In this document: piece after piece, positions 48,789 through 58,737 of the stretch | How positions within the stretch are numbered: position 1 is the first letter of the stretch | Layout: every line of letters starts with the position of its first letter | Assembly (NCBI GenBank): GCA_040771865.1 | Contig: JAXGZF010000003.1 | Coordinates: 434,001 to 498,000 of the forward strand | DNA: 64,000 nt | DNA from: Desulfobacterales bacterium | Lineage (GTDB): Bacteria; Desulfobacterota; Desulfobacteria; Desulfobacterales; UBA2245 | Direction: 5' to 3' | Program-made: the position numbers and the translations under genes | Notes under the pieces: generated by a model | The model's database searches: none | Told to the model about the DNA's origin: nothing | What the model saw: only the letters and a program-made list of their open reading frames with translations

Positions 48789-50126
48789 ATGATCCAGTAT
48801 ACGGACATGAAGCTTACCGAAACCCTTCTGATCGATGACGAAGACGAACCTCCAAGTCCTAAAGAAGTTGCGAAACCCCTAACCGCAGAACCTTATAACT
48901 TTCTATTTTTACTCAAAAAACCTGCGCCCAAGGCGGGCAGCGGAGTCCATGCGAAACGCGCCGCGCGAACCAGCGACAAGACCCGGTTGTTTCGGCGAAA
49001 GCACTTTTCCGATGTCGCCGAAAAACAATGGAACGACTGGCACTGGCAGATCGGCAATCGCATTCGAACCCCGGAGCACCTCGGTCGAATTCTCAACCTT
49101 TCCAAAGCGGAAAGAGATGCCGTGGAATTTGCCGGCGACAGGCTGCCGCTGGGAATTACGCCTTATTTCGCCAGCCTGCTGGATGCCGATGATCCGGACC
49201 AGCCGCTGCGGCGGACGGTGGTTCCGACGGCAGGGGAATTTGTAACTCTCCCCTGCGAGGCCAGCGATCCTCTGGGCGAGGAGCATCAGAGTCCGGTTCC
49301 GGGACTGGTTCACCGCTATCCCGACCGCGTGCTGTTCCTGCTGCTCGATTTCTGTTCGACCTACTGCCGGTATTGCACCCGTTCCCGAGTGGTTGGTCAT
49401 GGAGCGCTTCATGCCGGGCGCGCCAGGCTGGAAAAGGCCATCGACTACATCCGGCGAACGCCCACGGTGCGGGACGTGCTGCTTTCCGGCGGCGATCCGC
49501 TGACGCTCAACGATGATCGGCTGGAGTGGGTTCTCATGCGCCTGAGGCAGATTCCGCATGTGGAAGTCATTCGCATCGGCTCAAAGGTGCCCGTGGTTCT
49601 GCCGCAGCGGATCACGCCCGGGCTGGTGCGCATGCTCCGGCGCTATCACCCCCTGTGGATGAGCCTTCATTTTACCCACCCCGAGGAATGTACGCCGGAG
49701 GTGTACCGGGCCTGCGGCATGCTGGCCGACGCGGGCATTCCCCTGGGATCACAGACCGTGCTGCTCAAGGGCGTCAACGATTCGGTGCAGACCATGCAGT
49801 CTCTGGTTCACCATCTGATGAAGATGCGGGTCCGTCCGTACTACCTGTACCAGTGCGATCCGATTTCCGGCTCCGGGCATTTCCGGACTCCGGTTGAAAG
49901 AGGTCTGGAGATCATTCGAGGTCTGAGAGGATTTACGACCGGCTATGCCGTACCCACCTACGTAATCGACGCTCCGGGGGGCGGAGGCAAGATTCCCCTG
50001 ATGCCCGATTACATCCAGGGGCGCGATAACGATACCCTGCTTCTGAAAAATTATGAGAACAGGGTGTTCGGGTATCCGGATCCTGCGCCTGAAACTTCGA
50101 CATGCTACAAGAATAATTGCCTTTAG
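48789..50126 (+). CDS. KamA-family radical SAM/PLP 2,3-aminomutase
   Basis: WNDWHWQ, DPLGEE, LVHRYPDRV, CSTYCRYCTR, SGGDPL, APGGGGK. Confidence 0.92.
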   Translation: MIQYTDMKLTETLLIDDEDEPPSPKEVAKPLTAEPYNFLFLLKKPAPKAGSGVHAKRAARTSDKTRLFRRKHFSDVAEKQWNDWHWQIGNRIRTPEHLGRILNLSKAERDAVEFAGDRLPLGITPYFASLLDADDPDQPLRRTVVPTAGEFVTLPCEASDPLGEEHQSPVPGLVHRYPDRVLFLLLDFCSTYCRYCTRSRVVGHGALHAGRARLEKAIDYIRRTPTVRDVLLSGGDPLTLNDDRLEWVLMRLRQIPHVEVIRIGSKVPVVLPQRITPGLVRMLRRYHPLWMSLHFTHPEECTPEVYRACGMLADAGIPLGSQTVLLKGVNDSVQTMQSLVHHLMKMRVRPYYLYQCDPISGSGHFRTPVERGLEIIRGLRGFTTGYAVPTYVIDAPGGGGKIPLMPDYIQGRDNDTLLLKNYENRVFGYPDPAPETSTCYKNNCL

Positions 50127-50206
50127 CAGCGATACAATGCGGGCGTTTCCGCAGTTTTGGCCGTGGAAACGCCCTTTAACTCTCGCATGAATCATGGAGA
50201 AAGAAG

Positions 50207-51217
50207 ATGATCATTGGACTGACCTATGATCTTCGCTCCGATTACCTTGCCATGGGATTCGGAGAAGAGGAGACGGCCGAATTCGACCGGGCGGAGACGA
50301 TCGATGCCCTTGAGGCTGCGATCCGCGAGTTCGGCCACGAGTGTGAGCGCATCGGAAACGCCTGGCGCCTCACCGAGCTTCTGGTGCAGGGTCGGCGCTG
50401 GGACCTGGTCTTCAATATCGCCGAAGGTCTCAGGGGAATCGGCCGCGAGGCCCAGGTGCCGGCCATTCTGGATTTGTACGGTATTCCCTATACCTTTTCC
50501 GATCCCATGGTGATGAGCCTGACCCTGCACAAGGGCATGACCAAGCGGGTGATCCGCGATGCGGGCTTGGCTACCGCCGACTTCTGGATTGCTTCGGACC
50601 GGAAAGAGGCGAGCGCCGGTCATTTACCGCCCCCGTATTTTGTAAAACCGGTTGCCGAAGGCACGGGAAAGGGGATTTCGGGCCGTTCCATTGTCCGGAG
50701 CAAAGAGGATCTTCCCGGAATCTGCGAGGACCTGATTTCACGGTTTCATCAGCCGGTTCTGATCGAACGGTTTCTCTCGGGCCGGGAATTTACCACCGGC
50801 CTCGCGGGAACCGGCGCAGCCGCCCGGGTGATCGGCACCATGGAGATACTTTTGATGGAAAACGCCGAAAAATCGGTTTATTCATACAGCAACAAGGAAG
50901 ATTACGAACAGCGGGTCCGGTACCGGCCGGTTTGTCCGGAAACGGACCCGGTGGTGCGGCAGACCGAGGCCCTGGCCCTGTCGGCCTGGAAGGTTCTGGG
51001 ATGCCGGGACGGCGGCCGAATGGATATCCGGTGCGATGATGCCGGAAGACCCTGCTTCATCGAGGTTAATCCCCTGGCCGGCCTGCATCCGAAACATTCG
51101 GATCTGCCGATCATCTGTTCGCTTTTCAACATCTCGTATATCCGGCTGATCGGATGGATTCTCGATTCGGCCCTTGAACGGATGGGCCTCGAAAAAACCG
51201 GAGGAAAACGATCTTGA
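50207..51217 (+). CDS. ATP-grasp ligase (D-Ala-D-Ala ligase-like)
   Basis: VFNIAEG, FVKP..EGTGKGI, GREFT, RMDIR, IEVNPLAGL. Confidence 0.88.
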   Translation: MIIGLTYDLRSDYLAMGFGEEETAEFDRAETIDALEAAIREFGHECERIGNAWRLTELLVQGRRWDLVFNIAEGLRGIGREAQVPAILDLYGIPYTFSDPMVMSLTLHKGMTKRVIRDAGLATADFWIASDRKEASAGHLPPPYFVKPVAEGTGKGISGRSIVRSKEDLPGICEDLISRFHQPVLIERFLSGREFTTGLAGTGAAARVIGTMEILLMENAEKSVYSYSNKEDYEQRVRYRPVCPETDPVVRQTEALALSAWKVLGCRDGGRMDIRCDDAGRPCFIEVNPLAGLHPKHSDLPIICSLFNISYIRLIGWILDSALERMGLEKTGGKRS

Positions 51218-52788
51218 AAATCGCCGTTCTTCACCAGATTGTTTCCGAAAACGGTTCGGCCGACGACATGGATGTGCTGGCTCAGGTCGCGGCCGTGTCG
51301 GCAGCCCTTGAATCGCTGGGCCATGAACCTTTGCCGGTTCCCTGCGGCCTGGATCTTTCACAAATTTCCCGAACCCTTGAGACCGCGGGCGCCGAACTCG
51401 TTTTCAACCTGGTCGAATCCTTAGGCGGCCATGGACGGCTGCTGCATCTGGTTCCATGCTTTCTGGACGCCCTGAAGATTCCTTATACAGGGGCCTGCGC
51501 CGAGGCGCTTCGCCTGACCTCCGATAAGATCGCGGCCAAGGAACGCATGGCCCTGGCCGGGCTTCCCACGCCCGAATGGACCGGGCCGTTTCCCGCTCAG
51601 TTGCCGGTTCTGACGGCAACCGGGTTCGGCCGTCAAAACGATGAATCCGTCTGGATCATCAAATCGCTCTGGGAGCACGCCTCGCTGGGAATCGATGAGA
51701 CATCTTTGATCCCGGGCAATGCAGAGAGCGCCGCCGCAGCGGCGGCAAAACGGGCGCCCTTGCTGGGCGGCGCGGCCTTTGCCGAGCGGTTCATAGAGGG
51801 GCGGGAATTCAATCTGGGCCTGTTGCAGGAGGGGTCTTCGGTTCGCGTGCTGCCGCCTGCGGAGATTCTTTTTGACGGTTTTGAGAAGAACCGGCCGCGA
51901 ATTGTGGATTACAAGGCCAAGTGGGATGAAGATTCCTTCGAGTACCGCCATACGCTGCGCTGCTTTGAGTTTGAAAGCAAAGACGCCGCGCTGCTTGCAG
52001 AACTCAAACGCCTGGCCCTTCGCTGCTGGGATGTTTTCGGGCTTGAAGGCTATGCCCGGGTGGATTTCCGGGTCGATTCCAACAACCGTCCGTGGATTCT
52101 GGAAATCAACGCCAATCCCTGCATCTCGCCGGATGCCGGATTTGCCGCCGCCCTGGCGCGCGCCGGAATTGACTTTGAACAGGCGGTTGAAAGGATCGTT
52201 GCTGCGGCCGTTCATCCGCCGGTTCCGGGTTCTGCGTCCGGAACATTCGGCGCCGAATGCAGCGAGCCGAGCGATGCAGCACGTTTCGATTCGATCGTTC
52301 TGGAAACCGAACCCCTCCCTCAAGACGCAGGGCGGGTGGAGCGCCTGGTGGAAAGCACGGGATTTTTTTATCCCCCGGAAATCGCGGTGGCCGGCGAACT
52401 GGTTGAGGAGCGCCTCGAAAAGGGCGAACAGAGCGGGTATCATTTCCTTTTCGCCCGCAGCAAGGACCGGCTGGCCGGATACGGGGCCTACGGCCCGATT
52501 CCCTGCACGCTTTCCAGCTACGATCTTTACTGGATCGCCGTGTCTCCGGATTTTCAGAACCAGGGCCTGGGCCGGTTTCTGATGGCTCGCATCGAGGAGA
52601 AGATTCAACAGACCGGCGGCACGCGCATTTACGCGGAAACCTCCTCCCGTCCCCAATATGCCGCAACCCGCGCCTTTTACCTGCGGTGCGGATACCGGAT
52701 TGAATCGGTGATGAGGGATTTTTACGCGCCCGGAGACGGCCGCATCACCTTCTGCAAGGAAATTCGGAAGGGAAATTTTCAGGGGTAA
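51214..52788 (+). CDS. ATP-grasp ligase fused to a C-terminal GNAT acetyltransferase
   Basis: VFNLVES, EHASLGI, GREF, GYARVDFR, LEINANP; then YWIAVSPDFQNQGLG...FYLRCGY. Confidence 0.88.
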   Translation: MKIAVLHQIVSENGSADDMDVLAQVAAVSAALESLGHEPLPVPCGLDLSQISRTLETAGAELVFNLVESLGGHGRLLHLVPCFLDALKIPYTGACAEALRLTSDKIAAKERMALAGLPTPEWTGPFPAQLPVLTATGFGRQNDESVWIIKSLWEHASLGIDETSLIPGNAESAAAAAAKRAPLLGGAAFAERFIEGREFNLGLLQEGSSVRVLPPAEILFDGFEKNRPRIVDYKAKWDEDSFEYRHTLRCFEFESKDAALLAELKRLALRCWDVFGLEGYARVDFRVDSNNRPWILEINANPCISPDAGFAAALARAGIDFEQAVERIVAAAVHPPVPGSASGTFGAECSEPSDAARFDSIVLETEPLPQDAGRVERLVESTGFFYPPEIAVAGELVEERLEKGEQSGYHFLFARSKDRLAGYGAYGPIPCTLSSYDLYWIAVSPDFQNQGLGRFLMARIEEKIQQTGGTRIYAETSSRPQYAATRAFYLRCGYRIESVMRDFYAPGDGRITFCKEIRKGNFQG

Positions 52789-52969
52789 AACCAGAAAATT
52801 CCGGCACATGTCCCGAAGCGCCCACAGCCATCAATTCCGGAAAACAATTTTTCTGCGTCGATTTTTTTTTGGAATTCCTTCTTGCCGGCTTCATGTGCGC
52901 CGGTGCGGAGAGCTTTTTTCTTTTCCGGGTTTGTGTTAGGGTTTTGCCCGTGTGGTGACGAGGATTGAC

Positions 52970-54721
52970 ATGAAACTTGGAAAGGTTGAGAACGCCGGAA
53001 TGAAAAGAGGATCGCTGCTGAAGTTTTTTTGGATTTTGGGGCTGTGCGCCCTGATGACGCTCGGCGCCGCTCTGGGCCAGGAGCCGGTGGAAACGAAGCC
53101 GGCGCAAGCCGTCAAAAACGAATCCAAGTCCCAGACCCCAACGGATTCGCTGACCCGAATGCTGGAAACCCATGCGGGTTTGACCCGACAGCTCCAGGCG
53201 AGAAAGGCTGAACTCGAGAAGGCGGCGACTTCCGAACTTAAGGAGGAAATTGCCGCCGACATCAGCCGTCTGCAGGATTCGATCGGCGCGCTTGAAAAAA
53301 ATTTCGAGAAAATTTCCACCGGCATTGATCTGGATCGTTTTGAAACGGTCAAAGAACCGGAGTTTGACTGGAAGAGAGAAATCCTCGATCTGCTCAGCCC
53401 GATCATTCAGCAGCTCAAAAGCATGACCGACCGTCCCCGTCAGCTGGAGAAACTGCGATCGGAACTTGCGTATTATCAAAGCCGGATGCCCATCGCCAAG
53501 GCCGCGATCGACAACCTTGAGAAGCTGATCGCTCAGGCCGAAGACGCGCAGCTCAAAACACAACTGAAGAGGCTGAAGGAAAAATGGATCAAAAGATCCG
53601 ACCAGATCAGCAATCAGTTTACCGTGGTTCAATATCAGCTGGAGCAGAAATCCAAAGAGAAAAAGTCGTTCTGGGAAACCGGGCAGATGCTGGTGCAGTC
53701 CTTCTTTAAAAGCAGGGGGCGAAATTTTATTCTGGCAACCGCAAGCTTTGTGTTGACCTGGATACTGTTCCGGCTGACCTACCGTCTGATTGCTCGGATC
53801 AGGCCGCAGCGGAGAATTGAGCATCGGCCCATTTACACCCGGCTCTTTGATATCGGTTATCAGATTTTAACAATCATCGGCGCGGTCGCGGTTTTTTTGT
53901 TCGTGCTGTATATCGCCGGCGACTGGGTGCTGCTGAGTCTGTTCATTATCTTTCTGCTGGGGTTTGCCTGGGCCGCCAAGCAGAATGTTCCGCGATTCTG
54001 GCAGGAAATCAAACTGATGATCAATCTGGGTCCGGTGCGTGAAAACGAGCGGATCATTCATGACGGAATTCCCTGGCGCGTGGTTTCCTTAAATTTTTAC
54101 AGCCAGCTGGAAAATCCCCTGTTGAAAGGCGGGCGTCTTCGAATCCCGCTCAAGGAATTTGCCGATAAAACCTCCCGGCCTTTTGGTCCGGACGAGCCAT
54201 GGTTCCCCTGCCGGGAAAAAGACTGGGTGATTCTGTCCGACAACACCCGGGGCCAGGTGATAAACCAGACTCCGGAGTCTGTGCAGCTGCTGCTTTACGG
54301 CGGAAGCGTCAAAACCTATCCGACCGTGGACTTTCTGAGTCAAAACCCCACCAATATCTCGTCGGGTTTTTCTTTGAAAAGCACCTTCGGCATCGATTAC
54401 AAGCATCAGGCTCAGTGCACCCAGGAAATTCCGGCGCAGCTCAAACAGATGCTTCAGCAGGAGCTGGTCAAGGCCGGATACGGGGACAATCTGACCGCGG
54501 TTAACGCCGAGTTCGGTCAGGCTGGCGCATCTTCTTTGGATATTGATATCATTGCGGCATTTAACGGGAATGCGGCCAAGGATTACCCGGTCCTGAACCG
54601 CGCCTTGCAGCGTATCGCCGTGGATGCCTGCAACCGGTACGGATGGGAGATTCCGTTTGCTCAGATTACGGTGCATCCGGCCGGTTCCTGGGCCGGCAAG
54701 ACGATTGAGGCGGCCGGATAG
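52970..54721 (+). CDS. MscS-like mechanosensitive channel with periplasmic coiled-coil domain
   Basis: Signal peptide, coiled coil, TM helices, FGIDY, ASSLD, WEIPFAQITVH. Confidence 0.7.
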   Translation: MKLGKVENAGMKRGSLLKFFWILGLCALMTLGAALGQEPVETKPAQAVKNESKSQTPTDSLTRMLETHAGLTRQLQARKAELEKAATSELKEEIAADISRLQDSIGALEKNFEKISTGIDLDRFETVKEPEFDWKREILDLLSPIIQQLKSMTDRPRQLEKLRSELAYYQSRMPIAKAAIDNLEKLIAQAEDAQLKTQLKRLKEKWIKRSDQISNQFTVVQYQLEQKSKEKKSFWETGQMLVQSFFKSRGRNFILATASFVLTWILFRLTYRLIARIRPQRRIEHRPIYTRLFDIGYQILTIIGAVAVFLFVLYIAGDWVLLSLFIIFLLGFAWAAKQNVPRFWQEIKLMINLGPVRENERIIHDGIPWRVVSLNFYSQLENPLLKGGRLRIPLKEFADKTSRPFGPDEPWFPCREKDWVILSDNTRGQVINQTPESVQLLLYGGSVKTYPTVDFLSQNPTNISSGFSLKSTFGIDYKHQAQCTQEIPAQLKQMLQQELVKAGYGDNLTAVNAEFGQAGASSLDIDIIAAFNGNAAKDYPVLNRALQRIAVDACNRYGWEIPFAQITVHPAGSWAGKTIEAAG

Positions 54722-55033
54722 GCAAAGAGCGGCATGCAATTTTTATATTCAATTGGATTGCGATAAAATCACTTGTCAATTCCATGCGTTTTGGATAAGG
54801 TACTTCGTCAAATGTGTCGAGGCAAGATCGGTGAAATTTGGAAGTCCGGGTTTGAAGCGGGCAGGTGCCCTTGTTTCAGACGCCGGATATTCGAAATTTC
54901 AGATTGACTGGATCGCCTTTCGTAATGACAAACGCCGGAACCCGAAGTCGGAATAAAGGCCGGCGGCTTGTTCAGGCCCCTTCGATGATCGCCACATTGT
55001 ATATTTAATCTGAGTTTTATCAAGGAGCCCAAT

Positions 55034-56122
55034 ATGACTTTGCCCGTTTTAAGAATCGGTGACCTGATCGCAAAAATTCCCATCGTTCAGGGGGGAATGG
55101 GGGTCGGGATTTCCCTTTCCGGGCTGGCATCCGCCGTCGCCAACGAGGGCGGGGTTGGCGTGATCGCCACGCCCATGATCGGCGTCGATGAGCCGGACTA
55201 CGCCGTCAACGGTTTTGAGGCCAACATACGGGCGCTGCGAAAGGAGATTCAAAAGGCCCGCAGCTTGACCAAGGGCATTCTCGGGGTCAACATCATGGTG
55301 GCCCTGACCAATTTTGCTGACATGGTCAAGACCGCCGTGGAGGAAAAGATCGATGTGATTTTTTCAGGCGCAGGCCTTCCCCTGAGCATGCCGCAGTATC
55401 TGAAAGACGGATTCAAGACCAAACTGGTGCCCATCGTGTCTTCGGCACGGGCGATTCAGACCATCTGCAAGCGCTGGTTGTCCAAGTTCGATTATCTGCC
55501 CGACGCCGTTGTGGTAGAAGGCCCTAAGGCGGGCGGTCATCTGGGCTTTAAGCCCGAGCAGATCGAAGACCCTGAATTTTGCCTGGAAAAACTGGTCCGC
55601 GAGGTGATCGATGCGGTCCGGCCTTTTGTGGATAAATACAAGAAACAGATCCCGGTGATCGCTGCCGGCGGCATTTATAATGGAGAGGATGTTCACCGTT
55701 TTCTGAAGATGGGCGCTGCCGGGGTTCAGATGGGAACCCGTTTTGTCGCCACGCATGAATGCGATGCGGCCCTGGAATTCAAACAGTCCTATGTGGATTC
55801 CAGGGAGGAGGACATGGTGATCATCAAAAGCCCGGTGGGATTGCCGGGCAGAGCCATTCGGAACTGCTTTATCGACGATGTGGCCGAGGGAAAGAAAAAA
55901 CCCTTCCGCTGTCCGTATCACTGCATCACCACCTGCAATCTTGAGAAGAGTCCGTATTGCATCGCCATGGCTCTGGCCAATGCCAAAAAAGGCAACCTCA
56001 AGCATGGTTTTGCCTTTGCCGGCAAAAATGCCTACCGGGTCGACAAGATCGTGTCGGTCAAGGAATTGATGACCAGCCTGATTGTGGAACATGATCAGGC
56101 CGAGGCGGCGGAAAAGGCCTGA
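55034..56122 (+). CDS. Nitronate monooxygenase/FabK-like flavoprotein
   Basis: PIVQGGMGVG, EGPKAGGH, AAGGI, VQMGTRF. Confidence 0.88.
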   Translation: MTLPVLRIGDLIAKIPIVQGGMGVGISLSGLASAVANEGGVGVIATPMIGVDEPDYAVNGFEANIRALRKEIQKARSLTKGILGVNIMVALTNFADMVKTAVEEKIDVIFSGAGLPLSMPQYLKDGFKTKLVPIVSSARAIQTICKRWLSKFDYLPDAVVVEGPKAGGHLGFKPEQIEDPEFCLEKLVREVIDAVRPFVDKYKKQIPVIAAGGIYNGEDVHRFLKMGAAGVQMGTRFVATHECDAALEFKQSYVDSREEDMVIIKSPVGLPGRAIRNCFIDDVAEGKKKPFRCPYHCITTCNLEKSPYCIAMALANAKKGNLKHGFAFAGKNAYRVDKIVSVKELMTSLIVEHDQAEAAEKA

Positions 56123-56144
56123 TTGCGTTTTTTTCTGGTTGTTC

Positions 56145-56180
56145 AACCCCCGGTCTCTTCAGTCCGGGGGTTTTGTTTTA
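56145..56180 (+). terminator. Intrinsic terminator
   Basis: AACCCCCGG...CCGGGGGTT followed by a T-rich tail. Confidence 0.65.
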
Positions 56181-56347
56181 ATCCTTTCCTGCGTTATTTC
56201 TCATATTCCAATAAGCCGGAATCAAAGTCCATGTGCCGCTATGAATCTTCCCTGGCGGATCCGGAAGAGAAAGCGAGCAGCGGCGCATGGCGCGGCAAGC
56301 CGATGCCGGCTGCCGCCGGGGGCCGGCCGATACGGCGGAGGTGAAGA

Positions 56348-56890
56348 ATGAAGATTCATGTGGAAAGAATGCCGGCATCCGGCCTGGAAGCGGCCTTTGA
56401 GGTTCCGTACACGGAATTTGAGGTATTGAGGGGCATGGCCCAGGCCGGTGATTGCGTGTTTCTGTCGCCGCTGGTCACAAGCTTCAAGGCGATTCGGATT
56501 CGCGACATGGTCGAGGTGAAAGGGCGGGTTTGTTTTTCCGTGCGCCTGAACTGCAGCCGCTGCCTGAACGAGTTTGAAACGGTTCTGAAAAACGATTTTG
56601 CCGTCGCCTTTGTCCGGGAGATTCCGGAATCTGAAAAGACGGCCGGCGAGATCGCCCTGAAGGATGAGGACATGGGGCTGATCGCCTTTTTCGGAGACCA
56701 GATCGATCTTCACGAGGCGGTGCAGGAACAGGCGGTGATGGCTTTCCCGATTCAATTCCTCTGCCGGCCGGACTGCCGGGGCCTGTGTCCGAAATGCGGA
56801 TCGGATCTGAATCAGGGCGATTGCGCTTGCGAAAAATCAACCGGGCATCCGGCCTTTTCGGTTCTGAAGAATTTCAAGGCCGTTCAATAA
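56348..56890 (+). CDS. yceD: DUF177/YceD family protein
   Basis: CSRCL, IDL, LCRPDCRGLCPKCGSDLN..C.C. Confidence 0.9.
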   Translation: MKIHVERMPASGLEAAFEVPYTEFEVLRGMAQAGDCVFLSPLVTSFKAIRIRDMVEVKGRVCFSVRLNCSRCLNEFETVLKNDFAVAFVREIPESEKTAGEIALKDEDMGLIAFFGDQIDLHEAVQEQAVMAFPIQFLCRPDCRGLCPKCGSDLNQGDCACEKSTGHPAFSVLKNFKAVQ

Positions 56891-56931
56891 AGAGCTTCCC
56901 GGGCGTACGCGGTCAAACATAGGGTGTGTCG

Positions 56932-58545
56932 TCAGTTGCCGAACCCGCTCTTTTTCAGGGAGGCGAACTGAAGGTTCCAGCCCTGGCCCGGAAACATGTA
57001 AAAAGGGCCGGGAAGATGAAAGCGCCGGGACAGAACGTCGCAGACAGTCTCGTGATACAGAAAGGCGGCTGGCTGAAGCTCGATAATTCTTGCCTCGATC
57101 GCGTAGAGCAGGTCCCTTTGCATTTCCGGATCGGTTTGCTCGTCCAGGGCCTCAAGCAGGGACTCGATGACCTCGTCCTCAAAACTGCCGCACACGGAAG
57201 GCGTGTCATCGGACCTTGACCAGAGATGTTTTATATTATCGAAAGAATGGGTTGGGTATTGAGCTTGGGTGATCACCGCCTGAAAATCCGTATTGCCCAC
57301 GAAGTATTTGAACATCTCAAGCATGGGCATTTGCCGTACGTAAAGCCGAATGCCGATATCGTTGAAGCACAACTGCAGGTATCGGGCCAGCTTCAGGTAG
57401 GTGGAGGATTCCTCCGGCACGTACACCGTGAATTCAAACAGTTTGCCGTTTTTGACCAATGCCTGGCTTTTGTCGTCAGATCGCCACCCGGCCTGGGCAA
57501 GCAGGTCCAGAGCCTTTCGAGGATCATAGGGCAGAGGGCTTGTCTCCGGGTTGTGGTATCGCGGATCCGGACCCATGGGGCCCACGGCAACCGCGCCGCT
57601 TCCATTGAGGATTTTTTGGACGATATCCCCGCGGTGAATGGCCATGGTCAAGGCTTTTCGAACCCGGACATCGGAGAGCACCGGATCATGGGTGTTGAAG
57701 AGCAGCATCGTATAATAGGGCAGACTGAGGCGGGACAGATAAAAATGATCGGCGCAGGCTTCGGTGATGGGCGCGTTTTCCGGAGTAATTCCCTGGGCGG
57801 CATCAGTCTGACCGCCCATCAGCCGGGTCCAGATTGTCTCCGGATCCGGCACAAAATTAAAGATCATGCCGTCGATGGAGGGCCTTCCCCGAAAATAGGC
57901 GGCATTGGCTTCCAGTATGATCCGCTGGGCGCTTATTTCCTTCAGGCGAAAGGGACCGGATCCGATCCGGTATTCTTCCGGTAACAGATCGGGATTCCGG
58001 GGCGCCGGCAATATTCTTGAATCATCCCAGATTCTTGAAAGAAATTCAGGATCGTTTTGAAAAAGGCGGATCCGCAGCTCCGTGTCCGAAACCGCGTCCA
58101 TAGACCGGATACCGGCATAAATATCCGGCAGGTACGAGACCAAAGCCGTTTTTAAACTGAAGACCGCATCCCGGGCTGTGACCGGTGTTCCGTCATGAAA
58201 CCGGGCGTTTTTTCTCAGATAAAAGGTCCATTCAAAACGCGTTTTGTCGTATTCCCATTTTTCAGCCAGATCCGGCTGAAGATTGCCGGAGTGGTCCTCA
58301 ACGGCCAGGAAGCTGAACACAAAAGGACAGGCGGCTATGCTGCCTTTCAGCAGCCGAGGATTCAGGGAAAACGGCCCGAAAGGCATTGCAACATCGAATC
58401 GCAGAATATTCGGGTTTTCTTGTTTCTCAGGGTTCTGTGAGTCCGGCGCCGTGCATCCGGACAGCAGGACCGCGGCCGCCAGCAGCGCGAAAGCGATTTT
58501 GAGCGTTCTGAATGGGCAGATGGGCATCACCGGTTTAGGCATCAC
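56932..58545 (-). CDS. ABC-type substrate-binding lipoprotein, family 5 (peptide/nickel)
   Basis: Lipobox LSGC, PDLAEKW, LRKNARFHDG, GSGPF, VRKALTMAI. Confidence 0.88.
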   Translation of the reverse strand: MMPKPVMPICPFRTLKIAFALLAAAVLLSGCTAPDSQNPEKQENPNILRFDVAMPFGPFSLNPRLLKGSIAACPFVFSFLAVEDHSGNLQPDLAEKWEYDKTRFEWTFYLRKNARFHDGTPVTARDAVFSLKTALVSYLPDIYAGIRSMDAVSDTELRIRLFQNDPEFLSRIWDDSRILPAPRNPDLLPEEYRIGSGPFRLKEISAQRIILEANAAYFRGRPSIDGMIFNFVPDPETIWTRLMGGQTDAAQGITPENAPITEACADHFYLSRLSLPYYTMLLFNTHDPVLSDVRVRKALTMAIHRGDIVQKILNGSGAVAVGPMGPDPRYHNPETSPLPYDPRKALDLLAQAGWRSDDKSQALVKNGKLFEFTVYVPEESSTYLKLARYLQLCFNDIGIRLYVRQMPMLEMFKYFVGNTDFQAVITQAQYPTHSFDNIKHLWSRSDDTPSVCGSFEDEVIESLLEALDEQTDPEMQRDLLYAIEARIIELQPAAFLYHETVCDVLSRRFHLPGPFYMFPGQGWNLQFASLKKSGFGN

Positions 58546-58737
58546 AATCCTTGATCAGCAATTTCGATCCATGCAAATTTTGATTAAAATAAAATTTTTT
58601 TCAGCCATTGCAATCAAATACCGAAAGCGAACACTCTCTTGTAACTTCTGTTGATGAAACTGCATCCGGACACAGGATGCGCTGCCGGAAAACGCGGGCA
58701 GCGGAAGCGGTTTCCGGCTGGTTGCGTTCGGTCCGCC

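Noticed and set aside
50207..52788. Housekeeping ddl genes
   Set aside because: Both lack the N-terminal Ddl motif and cell-wall operon context, and one is fused to a GNAT.
51421..53824. Long antisense ORFs (462 aa and 359 aa) and similar shadow ORFs elsewhere
   Set aside because: They lie opposite well-supported genes in GC-rich DNA and have no recognisable motifs.
54780..55030. Riboswitch in the leader of the nitronate monooxygenase-like gene
   Set aside because: Some pairing potential, but no aptamer consensus I can recognise.
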